This document shows positions 7,489-19,000 of a DNA stretch of 30,410 bases, piece after piece. The DNA lies in assembly GCA_005239605.1 (NCBI GenBank), contig SBBS01000016.1:1-30410 (forward strand), written 5' to 3'. How positions within the stretch are numbered: the stretch's first letter is position 1; every line of letters begins with the position of its first letter. The position numbers and the translations under genes are program-made. Origin of the DNA: a bacterium (lineage in GTDB: Bacteria; Patescibacteriota; Minisyncoccia; Ryanbacterales; 2-02-FULL-48-12). The notes beneath the pieces are model-generated. The model saw nothing but the letters and a program-made list of their open reading frames with translations. It did not search any database and was not told the origin of the DNA.

Positions 7489-10149
7489 ATGTCGGAAAAA
7501 ACACAAAAAAACGAAAAACAGAAAGTGTTTGTGTTGTTAGACACTCACGCGCTCATTCACCGTGCGTTTCACGCCCTGCCGCCGTTAATGTCGCCGGCGG
7601 GAGAGCCGGTAGGCGCCGTATACGGCGTTGCGAACATTGTGCTGAAAATTTTGAAGGATTTCTCGCCTGACTATATTGCCGCAGCGTTTGATCGCCCGGA
7701 ACCCACGTTTCGCCATGAGGCCTACAAAGAATACAAAGCCCAGCGTGTGGAAGCGCCGGATGATTTGATTCGCCAGTTTGACAGCGTGCGCGAGCTTTTT
7801 CAGGCGTTCGGTATCCGCATATACGACAAGGCGGGTTATGAAGCCGACGACATAATTGGTACGCTTGTTGCCAAAGCGCGGGCGGCCGATAAAAATCTCA
7901 CGATCATTATTGCATCCGGCGATATGGATACTACCCAACTGGTGGATGGTACGCGCACGTCCGTGTTTACCATGCGTAAAGGAATTACCGATACGGTTTT
8001 ATATGATGAAAAAGCGGTGCGCGAACGATTTGGATTTGCGCCTGCATATATGCCTGATTTCAAAGGATTGAAGGGTGATCCATCTGATAATATCAAGGGC
8101 GTACCCGGGGTGGGAGAAAAAACCGCAACAACTCTTATACAAAAATACGGCACGCTTGAAAAAATATATGAATCTCTTTCCAAAAAGAAACTAGATACCG
8201 CCGTTTTCAAGGGCAAGCTGCCGGATATATTGCGTGCGCATAAAGAAGAAGCGTATTCTTCGCGCGACCTTGCGCGTATTCGGACGGATGTGCCGGTTTC
8301 ATTTCAGGCGGCGGATACGGCATGGAAAGGGATTCAATCTTCCGCGTCCGCTCGCGCGTTTTTGGAACGTTTGGGTTTTGCCAGTTTAGTTTCGCGTTTG
8401 TACGCGGCGGGAGAGTCTCGGCTTCCGGCGGCGAATAAAAATAGCGCGCAAATGAGTTTAATGGCGGCGGAAAAAACTCCACGCAAAGCGCGCGCGTTCT
8501 CGGCGGAGTTTTTTTCACGCGCTTTATCCGCCCAGTCTGTTTCGTGGATAGCGGTGGAGGATGCGGCTGTTTGTGCGGGTGTTGCGGGGAATGACGCATG
8601 GAATATTAATGAAGATGACATTCAAAAAAATGCGAAACAATTTCAACTCTTGTTTCAGAGCAACGCGCCGCATATTGCTTTTTGCGGCAAGGAAATACTC
8701 CGGCTTTTTTGGAAAGCGGGAGTTGATTCACCCCGCATGGATTTTGATGTTGGTATCGCGGCGTGGGTTTTGCGTCCGGAGATGAGGAATCCTGATTTGT
8801 TTGATCTTCTGGATGAAAAATTATCTTTTCGCGCAAAGTCGGCAGAAGAAGCGGGCGCGCATATGCCCAAACTCAGAAAGATTCTTGAAAAAGAATTAAA
8901 AGCAAGTAAATTGGAAAAAGTTTTTTTTGACATTGAGATGCCGCTTGTTCCCGTCCTTGCGCACATGGAGAATATGGGCATCCGTATTGATATAAAAATT
9001 CTTTCCGATTTTTCCAAGTCGCTCCAGCATCGCATGGACCAGCGAGAGGCGCGGATATACGAGCTCGCGGGCGCAAAGTTTAACATAAACTCGCCCAAAC
9101 AGCTGGGAGAAATATTATTTGAAAAGTTGGGAATTGCTTCGGACGCTGTTCGCAAAACCGGCGGCGGCGCGCGGTCTACCCGCGCCTCCGAGCTTACGAA
9201 ACTAAAAGGCGCGCATCCATTGGTGGATGAGATTCTTGCCTGGCGCGAGGAAATGAAACTCAAATCAACGTATGTGGATGTTCTGCCGGGGTTGATAGAT
9301 CCTGCGACAAAACGCATTCATACGACATTCAACCAAACAGGCACCGTAACGGGGCGTTTGTCTTCACAAAATCCAAACATGCAGAACATTCCCATACGCA
9401 CGCCGTTGGGGCTGGAAATTCGCCGCGCGTTTGTTGCCGCCCCCGGTTATACATTGGTATCGTTTGATTACTCGCAAATAGAGCTTCGTCTGGCCGCGCA
9501 TTTGTCTGGAGATAAGAATATGATACAGGCGTTTCGCGACGGCAATGCGGACATTCACACACTCACGGCCGCCGCCGTAAACCACGCGCAACCTGCGGAT
9601 GTTACGCCAACCATGCGCCGGGCGGCTAAAGCGATCAATTTCGGCATTTTGTACGGCATGGGCGCGCAAAGTTTGGCGGAATCTTTGGGTATTGGGCGGC
9701 GGGAAGCCGACAGTTTTATACGCGCGTATTTTGAACAGTTTCCCGGCATAAAAACGCTGATGGAGAAATTAAAACGGGACGCGCTGGAACGCGGTTTTGT
9801 GGAAACGCTTTTTGGACGGCGGCGCTATTTTCCCAACATGGCAAATCTTGGTTGGCAGGCGCGGCGGGAAGCGGAACGGATGGCAATTAACGCGCCCATT
9901 CAAGGTTCGGACTCCGATATCATAAAGGTTGCCATGGTGCGCGTATATCGTCAGTTGTCCGAGGATATTCAGCAGGGCGACGTAAAATTGCTGCTGCAGG
10001 TTCACGATGAGCTTTTGTTTGAAGTAAAACAGCCGCTGGTAAAGTCGGTGTCCGAACGGGTACGGAACATAATGGAACATGCTTGCGAACTTGCAGTGCC
10101 GCTGCGAGTTGATGTGCGGACGGGCGCGAACTGGAAGGATATGGTGTAG
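7489..10149 (+). CDS. polA: DNA polymerase I
   Basis: 5'-3' exonuclease (LLDTHALIHRAFHA, EADDIIG, GDPSDNIKGVPGVGEKTA) and polymerase motifs DYSQIELR, RRAAKAINFGILYG, QVHDEL. Confidence 0.98.
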   Translation: MSEKTQKNEKQKVFVLLDTHALIHRAFHALPPLMSPAGEPVGAVYGVANIVLKILKDFSPDYIAAAFDRPEPTFRHEAYKEYKAQRVEAPDDLIRQFDSVRELFQAFGIRIYDKAGYEADDIIGTLVAKARAADKNLTIIIASGDMDTTQLVDGTRTSVFTMRKGITDTVLYDEKAVRERFGFAPAYMPDFKGLKGDPSDNIKGVPGVGEKTATTLIQKYGTLEKIYESLSKKKLDTAVFKGKLPDILRAHKEEAYSSRDLARIRTDVPVSFQAADTAWKGIQSSASARAFLERLGFASLVSRLYAAGESRLPAANKNSAQMSLMAAEKTPRKARAFSAEFFSRALSAQSVSWIAVEDAAVCAGVAGNDAWNINEDDIQKNAKQFQLLFQSNAPHIAFCGKEILRLFWKAGVDSPRMDFDVGIAAWVLRPEMRNPDLFDLLDEKLSFRAKSAEEAGAHMPKLRKILEKELKASKLEKVFFDIEMPLVPVLAHMENMGIRIDIKILSDFSKSLQHRMDQREARIYELAGAKFNINSPKQLGEILFEKLGIASDAVRKTGGGARSTRASELTKLKGAHPLVDEILAWREEMKLKSTYVDVLPGLIDPATKRIHTTFNQTGTVTGRLSSQNPNMQNIPIRTPLGLEIRRAFVAAPGYTLVSFDYSQIELRLAAHLSGDKNMIQAFRDGNADIHTLTAAAVNHAQPADVTPTMRRAAKAINFGILYGMGAQSLAESLGIGRREADSFIRAYFEQFPGIKTLMEKLKRDALERGFVETLFGRRRYFPNMANLGWQARREAERMAINAPIQGSDSDIIKVAMVRVYRQLSEDIQQGDVKLLLQVHDELLFEVKQPLVKSVSERVRNIMEHACELAVPLRVDVRTGANWKDMV

Positions 10150-10150
10150 T

Positions 10151-10179
10151 TTGTAAACACCTTCTCAACCATTTATAGT
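10151..10179 (+). promoter_or_regulatory. Promoter of histidine kinase operon, 6 nt before ATG
   Basis: TTGTAA-N17-TATAGT-GGAAGA-ATG. Confidence 0.65.
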
Positions 10180-10185
10180 GGAAGA

Positions 10186-11301
10186 ATGGAGCAGTTTCCT
10201 AAAAAACAAACAATGCCGTTTTACAGCTCTTTTGCGGCGCGCGTGTTTTTATTTTCATGCGCGGCAATGCTTTTACTGCTTGTTGCCGCAGGATTTCTTA
10301 TGCAAATGACGGCTCGCGAATTCTTTTTGTTTTTTGGTATTGGAGGAATAGGAGCCGCGTTTATCCTTTCATTTTTATTGGCTTACATCATTACGCGTCC
10401 CATTCTCAAGCTTGCCAAAGCGGCGCGGCGCATTGCGGAGGGCGATTCTTCCGTTCCGGTCGACATGGAAAGGAACGATGAAATAGGACAACTGTTTCAT
10501 TTTTTTAGCGGAACTGCTAAGCATGTCCGCGAGAGCAGAGAACGCGAGATTGCGCTTTCCCAAATAAAATCACAGTTTGTTATGGTGGCGGCGCATCAGC
10601 TGCGCACGCCCCTTTCCGCGCTCAAATGGTCGCTGCGCTTGATGCTTGACGGGGACATGGGCGAGATAAACGAAAAACAGCGCGAATTTCTTGAGCAGAG
10701 TTATCAAACAAACGAACACATCATTCGCTTAATTAACGACTTTCTTGACATATCTCGCATTGAAGAAGGCCGTTTCGGGTTCCAGTTTCAAAAAACAAAA
10801 ATTCTTGATAGTATACAAAAAGCTGTTGAGGCGTCTACAGCTCAAGCAGCCATACGGGGAGTGCGCCTTTCTTTTGTGAAGGATATCCCGGCGGAACTTG
10901 AAATTATTGCCGATGAGAGCCGCATATACACGGCGGTTATGAATATACTGGATAACGCCATTCGATATAGCAACGCGGGCGAGGAGGTGGTGGTGCGAGC
11001 GGCGCTGACACAAGGCAAGTTGGAAGTTAGCATTACAGACAAGGGCATTGGCATACCGGAAAAAGAACGGTCAAAAATATTTTCCCGGTTTTATCGCGCT
11101 TCAAACGCCATACGCAAGCAAACGGAAGGATCGGGTTTGGGTCTTTTTATAGCGAAAAACATCATTGAACACCATGGCGGAACGATCGGCTTTACATCAG
11201 AAGAACAAAAAGGCACGAGGGTATTTTTTAACATTCCCGCAGGGGAGGATTTTATAAAAAAGCAAGAGAAGTCTTATCAACCCATTGGAGAAGTTAAATA
11301 G
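10186..11301 (+). CDS. Sensor histidine kinase (2 TM, HAMP, HisKA, HATPase_c)
   Basis: H-box AAHQLRTPL, N-box NILDNAIRY, DKGIGIP, GSGLGL; HAMP ITRPILKLAKAARRIAEGD. Confidence 0.95.
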   Translation: MEQFPKKQTMPFYSSFAARVFLFSCAAMLLLLVAAGFLMQMTAREFFLFFGIGGIGAAFILSFLLAYIITRPILKLAKAARRIAEGDSSVPVDMERNDEIGQLFHFFSGTAKHVRESREREIALSQIKSQFVMVAAHQLRTPLSALKWSLRLMLDGDMGEINEKQREFLEQSYQTNEHIIRLINDFLDISRIEEGRFGFQFQKTKILDSIQKAVEASTAQAAIRGVRLSFVKDIPAELEIIADESRIYTAVMNILDNAIRYSNAGEEVVVRAALTQGKLEVSITDKGIGIPEKERSKIFSRFYRASNAIRKQTEGSGLGLFIAKNIIEHHGGTIGFTSEEQKGTRVFFNIPAGEDFIKKQEKSYQPIGEVK

Positions 11302-11306
11302 ATATT

Positions 11307-11735
11307 ATGGATCAAAAACAAAATTCACTGCCTGTTGCGCGGGCCGTAGAAAAAAATAGCGTGAAACTTGTAATCGTGGAAGACGACAAATTTTTGCGTG
11401 ATTTGATTATCCGCAAGCTTTCTGGCGAAGGGTTTTTAGTGAAGGAAGCCGCGACGGGCGAAGAGGGATTGGAGATAATGCGGGAAGAGGCGCCTCAATT
11501 GCTGCTGTTGGATATTTTACTGCCGGGTCTGAGCGGATACGATGTTCTTGAAGCAATGCAGAAGAGCGAACAGCTAAAAAGCATACCGGTTGTCATGCTG
11601 AGCAATTTAGGGCAGAAAGAAGAGGTGGAGCGCGCGAAATCTTTGGGCGCGAAAGATTTTCTCATAAAAGCAAAATATACGCCCGGCGAGATTGTAACGC
11701 GGATAAAAGAGATTCTTGACGAACTCTACATGTAA
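11307..11735 (+). CDS. Single-domain response regulator (receiver only)
   Basis: IVEDD, LLDILLPG (phospho-Asp), LSN, FLIK; no output domain. Confidence 0.93.
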   Translation: MDQKQNSLPVARAVEKNSVKLVIVEDDKFLRDLIIRKLSGEGFLVKEAATGEEGLEIMREEAPQLLLLDILLPGLSGYDVLEAMQKSEQLKSIPVVMLSNLGQKEEVERAKSLGAKDFLIKAKYTPGEIVTRIKEILDELYM

Positions 11736-11740
11736 CACGC

Positions 11741-12679
11741 ATGCTTTATGTTCTCTCAGGCGAAGATGCATACCGAAGCCGTAAAAAACTGCGGGATATT
11801 GAAGATCGGTTTTATGCGGTGGCAGGGGGCCGCGAAAGCGCGGTGCGCATTGTGTTGTCGGAGAGTTCACGGCTGGAAGTTGAGCAGGTCTTAACTACCG
11901 GTTCCCTTTTTCGCAATAAGCGGCTGTTTATACTTGAAGAGCCGAGCGCGGCGGCCGCGGATGCGGCGGTATATCTGGAAGAAAAACTCCCTTTGCTTGT
12001 CAAATCGGATGATATCTACGTAATATGGGATCGCGTGCCAACGCCAAAACAAGGGTTTTTTGCCGCCGCCGCGTCGAGCGCGGTAAAAGCTCAGGAATTC
12101 AAGCGGCTTACAGCACAAGAATCCGCGCGGTTTTTAGATGAAGAAGCGCGTATGCGCGGCATATCGCCGTCTTCCGTCCAAAAGAGGCGTATTTTGATGG
12201 ATGCCGGGGGAGATTCATGGCGCATGGTGCAGGAACTTGAAAAAGCGGCGATTTCCCCCCCGTCAAAATATTTAACAGGGGAGCTTATTCCCGCAAGCAG
12301 CAACGATGACCGCGCGATATTTAGTCTTATGGATGCGTATGGTTTGTCGCAGCGCGCGAAAGCATGGCAGATTTACAACACATTGGTTCATGCCGGCATG
12401 GAGCCCGAGAAAATTTTTTGGCGGCTTCTTTCTCACACAAGGACACTTCTTTCCATATATTCGCTTATGCAGCGCGGCGCCGCGGCGGCAGATATTCCGC
12501 GCGCCGCGGGGGTGCATCCATTTGTTGCCAAAAAAGCGGCCGTTTTGGCCGCGCGTGTGTCTTTGTCTGATCTTACTGGCAAGCACGCTTCCCTTGTTAA
12601 TCTTGATTTTCAAGCAAAACAAAGCCGAGGGGATGTAGCCCTCGGCTTGGAGCGAATTTTACTGAATCTTTCTATTTAG
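11741..12679 (+). CDS. holA: DNA polymerase III delta subunit (divergent)
   Basis: LYVLSGEDAY start, GSLFRNKRLFIL, ELEK, GVHPFVAKK, and position convergent on rpsT. Confidence 0.85.
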   Translation: MLYVLSGEDAYRSRKKLRDIEDRFYAVAGGRESAVRIVLSESSRLEVEQVLTTGSLFRNKRLFILEEPSAAAADAAVYLEEKLPLLVKSDDIYVIWDRVPTPKQGFFAAAASSAVKAQEFKRLTAQESARFLDEEARMRGISPSSVQKRRILMDAGGDSWRMVQELEKAAISPPSKYLTGELIPASSNDDRAIFSLMDAYGLSQRAKAWQIYNTLVHAGMEPEKIFWRLLSHTRTLLSIYSLMQRGAAAADIPRAAGVHPFVAKKAAVLAARVSLSDLTGKHASLVNLDFQAKQSRGDVALGLERILLNLSI

Positions 12680-12935
12680 GCATTACCACCAACCGCGCCA
12701 TGCGGGATTTTTTTCTTGCGGCTGTGTTTTGTTTGAGAACGCGGGTTTTGGCCGCTTTATCAATTGATGCGTATGCTCGGGGAAGCAAGGCCGCGGCTTG
12801 GGCGTGTTTTCCGGCCTCCACAAGTTTTCGGATTTGCTTTATTGCTTCACCGACAGCACGTTTGCGGCGTGTATTCTGGTCGCGGCGCCGCGCGGATTGA
12901 CGCAGAGCTTTTTTGGCTGATGATGTATTTGGCAT
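12672..12935 (-). CDS. rpsT: 30S ribosomal protein S20
   Basis: MPNTSSAKKALRQSARRR...IDKAAKTRVLKQNTAARKKSR. Confidence 0.97.
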   Translation of the reverse strand: MPNTSSAKKALRQSARRRDQNTRRKRAVGEAIKQIRKLVEAGKHAQAAALLPRAYASIDKAAKTRVLKQNTAARKKSRMARLVVMPK

Positions 12936-12941
12936 GGGTAT

Positions 12942-12970
12942 ACTGTAGATGATTTTTGAAATTATTGCAA
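12942..12970 (-). promoter_or_regulatory. rpsT promoter, 6 nt before ATG
   Basis: Minus strand reads TTGCAA-N17-TACAGT-ATACCC-ATG. Confidence 0.6.
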
Positions 12971-13068
12971 GCTATGTTTGGGTATCGCGCATGCTAGAAA
13001 CCACACAATACACAAAGCGCTATGCACAGTCCCTCATCCCATGGGACTCTTTATTTTTTTACATGCTA

Positions 13069-13074
13069 TATAAT
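13069..13074 (+). promoter_or_regulatory. -10 box of alpha-2-macroglobulin gene, 6 nt before ATG
   Basis: TATAAT-AAAAGC-ATG (13081). Confidence 0.6.
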
Positions 13075-13080
13075 AAAAGC

Positions 13081-16000
13081 ATGGACGAGCAAAAATTGCT
13101 GCCGGCTCCTCGTCGGTGGGAACGAGTGTTTGAATGGGCAAAACCATGGATGACAAAAAAAGTCGCCGTAAGCGGAGCGGTGCTTGGCGCTATTCTTCTT
13201 GCGGTTATATGGCAGGGTTGGCGGGGAGGAAAGTTTGCGCGGCCTGAATTTGAGGAGATGTATTCATTAGTGCCGGATAAAGTTTCTCAAAGCGCGGCTA
13301 TTCCGGTGCGCCTGCCGGAAGGCGTGCGGTTTGCTGTCGCCCAAGCCGCAGAAGCAATTGCGTTTGATCCGGAACTCAAAGGCGATTGGCATGCGGGAGA
13401 CGAAGAAGATAAACTATTTTTTCAACCAGCAAAGAAACTGGAATTAGGATCATACTATGCCGTAACGCTTACAGCGGGAGAAATTACCTTATCTAAAGAT
13501 TTTTTGGTGGATGAAGATCCGCGGATTGTTTCCGTGTTTCCAAATAAGGACAGTGAAGCATCGGAATACTCTCAGATTACCATTGTTTTCAACCGGCCGA
13601 TGGTGCCTTTGACCACTCTGGACGAGTTATCCGACAAAGAGATCCCCGTACAAATATCCCCCGCCACGCCCGGTGCGTTTAAGTGGATAACAACGCGTAA
13701 TCTTCAATTTATACCGAAAGATCGTCTGAAGCGCTCTTCTCATTATACGGTCGCTATACAACCCGGTTTCATATCTATGGATGGCTTGTCTGTTCCCGCG
13801 GTATCTTATGAGTTCACAACTCGCCCGTTGCGTTACGAATATATGTATCCGGACAGCGTTGCCATGCAGGGGAATCCGGTCCGTATTGTTTTTAATCAGC
13901 CGATTGACATCGAACGGACACAACGCGAATTGACGCTCAAAAAAGGGGCGGATGCGGTTGATTTTGCGGTGGGATACGGAAAGCGCGAATTATACAACGC
14001 GGAATCAAAAAAGTACGAAGTTTTTTTGGATAAATCTATTTTAGAAATTTATAACAAGCATGACCAGCATGGCCGTGAAAACGTGTGGGATTTTGAAAGC
14101 CAATATTCGTATACACTTGCAAAAGCGTATCCGGCAGAGGGAGATATGATTTTGGAGCAAGGTTTTAGCGGCACGGTATCCATACCCCCGATTATCGGCA
14201 ATATTACGGCAGAGTCTCCGCGAAGCCGTCATGCGACGCAAGATTTGTTTGATCCCGAGGGGAAATTATGGATTACATTTGCGGAAGACATCAATAAAGA
14301 TGCAAGCAAGATAGAAGCCCCCGCCCGTAAAGAAATAGGGTACGGCGAAAAATGTCGGGAACCTCAAGCGGGCGAGGAGGTTTTTTATGGAGAAGATTGC
14401 CAGAAAGTTCCCGACCAAAAGCGCATATATCTTACGTTTGATCCGTCATCATTTAAGCCGGGCCAGGAGTTTATGGTTACGTTTAAAAAAATTGTAAATG
14501 CGGACGGATTAGTGATGAATGCAAACGATATTATAAAGCCCGTACGCATATACCCGTCGCTTGCGATTTATTCCACTGTGCCGGGTGAAGGAGGAGAGAA
14601 TACTGATTTGACAAAGATGGTTGTCTGCAGTTCCAATCCTTTGCAAATTCCGGATGAGACAGCATTTTATGAACGTGTAAAAAGCAATGTGACAGTAGGC
14701 CTTTGGAATTGGCACGAGCCGTATCGCGTTACGAGAGACAACACCGGCGCTGTGTGCAAAGTGGGGCAGTTTGAAAATACTATTTTGTACGGCTTGGTGC
14801 CCGAATTCTCCTATAAAATTTCTCTATCACTCGTTGATGATTTTGGGCAGAAGGCGGAAAAAACCGTTCATTTCCAGAGCGGGAAACTTTCCTCGTTTGA
14901 TCGTAATTTTTTTCACCTACAGAAAGAATACAATGTTACCTCTCCTGACCGGCTCAAATTTATCTATGGGGTAGACAATATAGAATATGTGAATTTTCAT
15001 ATTTGCGAAGTAACTCCGGAAACCATGCTTCGGTACATGGAAGAACGCCCGGAAATTCAAACGTCTCCAGCTAATTTGGATTGCAGTAACGTTTTTGAGC
15101 GGCGCATTGATTTGCCTAAAACATATTGGTCGCGTTCTTATTTCCAGATCAAGTTGGATGAGTATCTGCCTGATCCAATCGGCCACTATGTGCTGTCATT
15201 TAGCCATCCGGAATATAGACGCATGGAGTGGGAATGGGACGATAATTTAGGGCGGAGTGTTGCTCGTCCGCTGGAGCGCATCTATGAGAGAACGTTTGTT
15301 ACCGTTACCAAACTTGCGGTGCAAGAGAAAAAAGTGGAATGGAAAGATGAATTTTGGGCATCAGCGCCGGCAGAGCAAAAAGAAGTTGTGAGCGATACGC
15401 TGCGTAAAGCGCAGCGTAATGTGTATTGGGTCACCCGTTTTGGTAGTTTGGATCCCGTGCCTGATGCGCGCGTAGAAATATACAAAAAGGGCATACAGCA
15501 TACATCATCCTATGCTACGGGGAACGACGGCATTGCGCTTGCGGGCGCAGAGCCTGATATTGTTGGCGCTATTGTAAGAAGCGGGAAAGATAGCGCTATC
15601 ATTTCCGAGCGTATAGACAAGCTTGCTTGGAATGCTCCGGCGCAAGCAGTGGAGCATGCGTATGTATATACCGATAAACCGATTTATCGCCCCGGCCAGC
15701 AAGTATTTATAAAAGGCATATATCGCCTTGGATTTAATGCGGAGTACCGGCCTATGGAAGGTAAAAAGACTGAAGTCTCAATCCGTAACAGCAAGTACGA
15801 AGAAGTGAGCAAGAAAACACTGCAGCTTAATGAATATGGCACATTCACGACCGACTTTACATTAGACGCAAACGCGCCGTTGGGCACGTACTCTATCACG
15901 GCGCCGGGCGGCACGAGTTATTTTGATGTGGAAGAATATGTTCCAGCCGCATTTAAGGTGGAAGCAAAAGGAGATCGGGAAGAATATATTGCGGGCGATA

Positions 16001-19000
16001 CGATGAAATTGGATGTGGATGCGAATTATTATTTCGGGGTGCCGGTTGAAGGCGGTGAAGTCGAGTACTCTCTAGCGAGCCAAGATTTCTATTTTGATCG
16101 GTACCAGGACGGTTATTTCTCTTTTGGCCGCGGCTGGTACTATAATTTTGACGGCTGGTATGGCGATACGTTTATCCTCCGCGGCAAGACCGTGCTGGAC
16201 ACTCATGGGAAAGCCCGCATTTCCCAGCAACTCGATTTTAATAAATTCTTTAAAGGCGCCGAGGCAGAAAAGAGCAAGATTTTTACGGCGCACATTACCG
16301 TCCGCAACCAAAATGGCCAGTCAATTTCTACCCGCAAGTCGTTTATTGTGCATCGCGGAGAGTTATACGCGGGGGTGAGTTTGGAAAACAATTTTGTTGG
16401 AAAAAATGAGCAGGTGACAGCTCGTATAAAAACAGTTGATACAAATGGGAAAGAAATTTCCCGCCGGAATATCCTGATAGAGGCGCAGAAAATCACCTGG
16501 GAGTCTTTTAAACGCCGCGAGGTGGATGGACAATATTATTACCGTTCAGAAGAAAAACGAGAAACGGTGCGCAAGGAAACAGTATCCACTGATCGGAACG
16601 GCAATGCGCAGTATCAATTTTCCTTGCCTGACGAAGGAGAATACGAAGTTCGCGTAAGCGCTGCGGATGACAGAGGCAATCCTGTCTCAGGTTCCGAAAG
16701 TTTGTATGTATACGGGCAAGGGTCTGTGTCTGTGCGCCCGACTAACAACGAAACGCTTGATTTAGCCACGGACAAGCAGGATGTAAGCGTAGGCGAAAAG
16801 GTGAAGGTTATTATTAAATCGCCGTATGAACGAGCAAAAGCGCTTGTAAGTATAGAAAGGGGCACAATATTCAGCTATCATATTCTGGATGTGCGGGGAG
16901 GCCTTGCTGAATTTCAGTTTGATGTAAAGGAAGAATACATACCGAATGTTTCTGTTTCCATTTTGCTTCTTTCTTCCCAACCGGAAATAAAATACGGTGA
17001 GATTCAATATCGTGTGAATACGAAAGAACGGGATTTAAATATAACGGCGCGATCAGATAAAAATAATTATCTGCCCGGCGAGACAGTCAATTTGGATATG
17101 GCGGTAAAAGACAAACAAGGACGTCCGGTGCAAGCTGAGCTGTCATTGGCGGTGGTGGATATGAGCGTGCTCGCACTGAAAGGAAACCCCAAGAAGAATC
17201 CGGTGCTTTTCTTTTTCGGAGGGACGCCGGTGTCAGTCAGCACCGCTTCCAATATCAAAAACATATTACACGAAGCGGATATTCCTACCGGTACCAAGGG
17301 AGGCGGCGGCGGATCGGATGAGTTGGCTCGAAAAAAACGGGGCGTGTTTAAGGACACCGCATTATGGGAAGGCGTTGTGCAGACTGATGGCGCCGGGAAA
17401 GCTCACGTTTCTTTCCGTCTGCCGGATAATCTCACTACCTGGCAGGTGGAGTCGGTCGGCGTTACGAAGGATACTAAAGTGGGTGTCGGGTATTTGGAAT
17501 TTAAGGCGCGTAAGGAGTTGATGGTGGTGCCGTTAAAGCCTCGCTTTATTATTCCGGGGGATATCTTTTTGATTGGCGGACAGGTATTTAATGAAACAGA
17601 CGCAAAACAAAAAATTTCATTGTCTTTCGCAAGTCAGACACTGCATCTGCAGGATACAGACAAGCAATCTGTAACACTCAATGCTCACGAATCAAAAACA
17701 GTATATTTTTCCGTAGAAGCCCCGCGCGGCATGCGGGAAGGAGAACATGTATTCATGCTTTCTGCTCATGCAGACAGTCGGGAAGATACAGTAGAAGATA
17801 CTATTCCTATAACCAGAAATGATACGTATGAATCGGTAGCCACGGCGCACTATACGGGAGACACCATAAACAAAGAATTTTTGTATGTTCCTTCCAATGC
17901 GGCGCCTGATAGAGGTGGTTTGGTCGTTAAGGCAAATGCAACACTGGCGGTGTATTTGTCGGATGCGCTCACTTATTTGGTAGAGTATCCTTTTGGTTGC
18001 AGCGAACAGATTGCGAGTAAATTAAGCGCGTTGGCTATTGTAAAGCGCGGTTTGGCAGTTAAAAATATTGGCGATGCATTTACTTTGGGCGATGTGGAAT
18101 TTGAAGGAAGGAAGTATTCACCGGATGATGTGGTGCGTATTGGCCTTGCGCGTATCTATCAAAATCAGCTGCCGGAGGGGGGATTTACCTATTACACAGG
18201 CATGCGCGCAGATCCGTATCTAACCATGCATATTATTACCGCTTTGGCCGAGTTGCGCGATGCGGGATATGCCGTTGATGCTGAACGCCTGACCCGAGCG
18301 GCTGACTATCTTTCTCGCGAAGTGAGTTTACAGCCGGCGCTGTCTGTTTCCAAACGCGGTGCGCTGCGTTCCGCAGCGAATTATTTTTTACCCCCCCCGC
18401 CTGTGGGCGCGATGTCTCCCGCCAAGCAATTGGATACGGATTTTGTTATCTTGGCTGCTTATGCATTGTCACGCGTGCCGGGATATGAAAATGGGGGCGA
18501 TATACAGAAGCGTATTTCCGTCATTGCGCAAGATTCCAAGTATATTCGGGAAGACAGTTCAAATGTGAGTCTGGCATATCTAGCGTTGATTCTTGCAAAG
18601 GGCTATCCGGAGGATATAAAAGATACTGTGTACAAACAACTGGAAAACAGGCTCATTATTGATGGGCGCGGTGCGTCGTTATCATTGCAGGGACGGGATA
18701 GATTATATCAATTTTATGAAACGCCGATTAAAGATACGGCTCTCTTCATAAAAGCGCTTGCGGCAGACCGCCGCGATGTTGCGGTGCTTGATAAAGCGCT
18801 GCGCTGGATTTTGGCAAGCCGTTCCAAAGACGGTTCTTGGGGTTCCACACATAATACGGCGGCGGTGATTGATGCGCTAACTGATTTTCTTAATTGGAAA
18901 AAGGAGAGTGAGTCGGCATTCAATCTTTCTCTGGCGCTTGATTCCGAGCAGGTGGGGGAAATTACATTTGATGCATCAAATATCTTGCAATCATTTGAGA

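Noticed and set aside
8400-8900. Degenerate 3'-5' exonuclease region of PolA
   Set aside because: Loss of proofreading motifs in Pol I is common in many bacteria and is not distinctive.
12949-13080. 44-aa extension of the A2M ORF
   Set aside because: Lies in the divergent rpsT/A2M promoter region; TATAAT 6 nt before ATG 13081 gives a better start.
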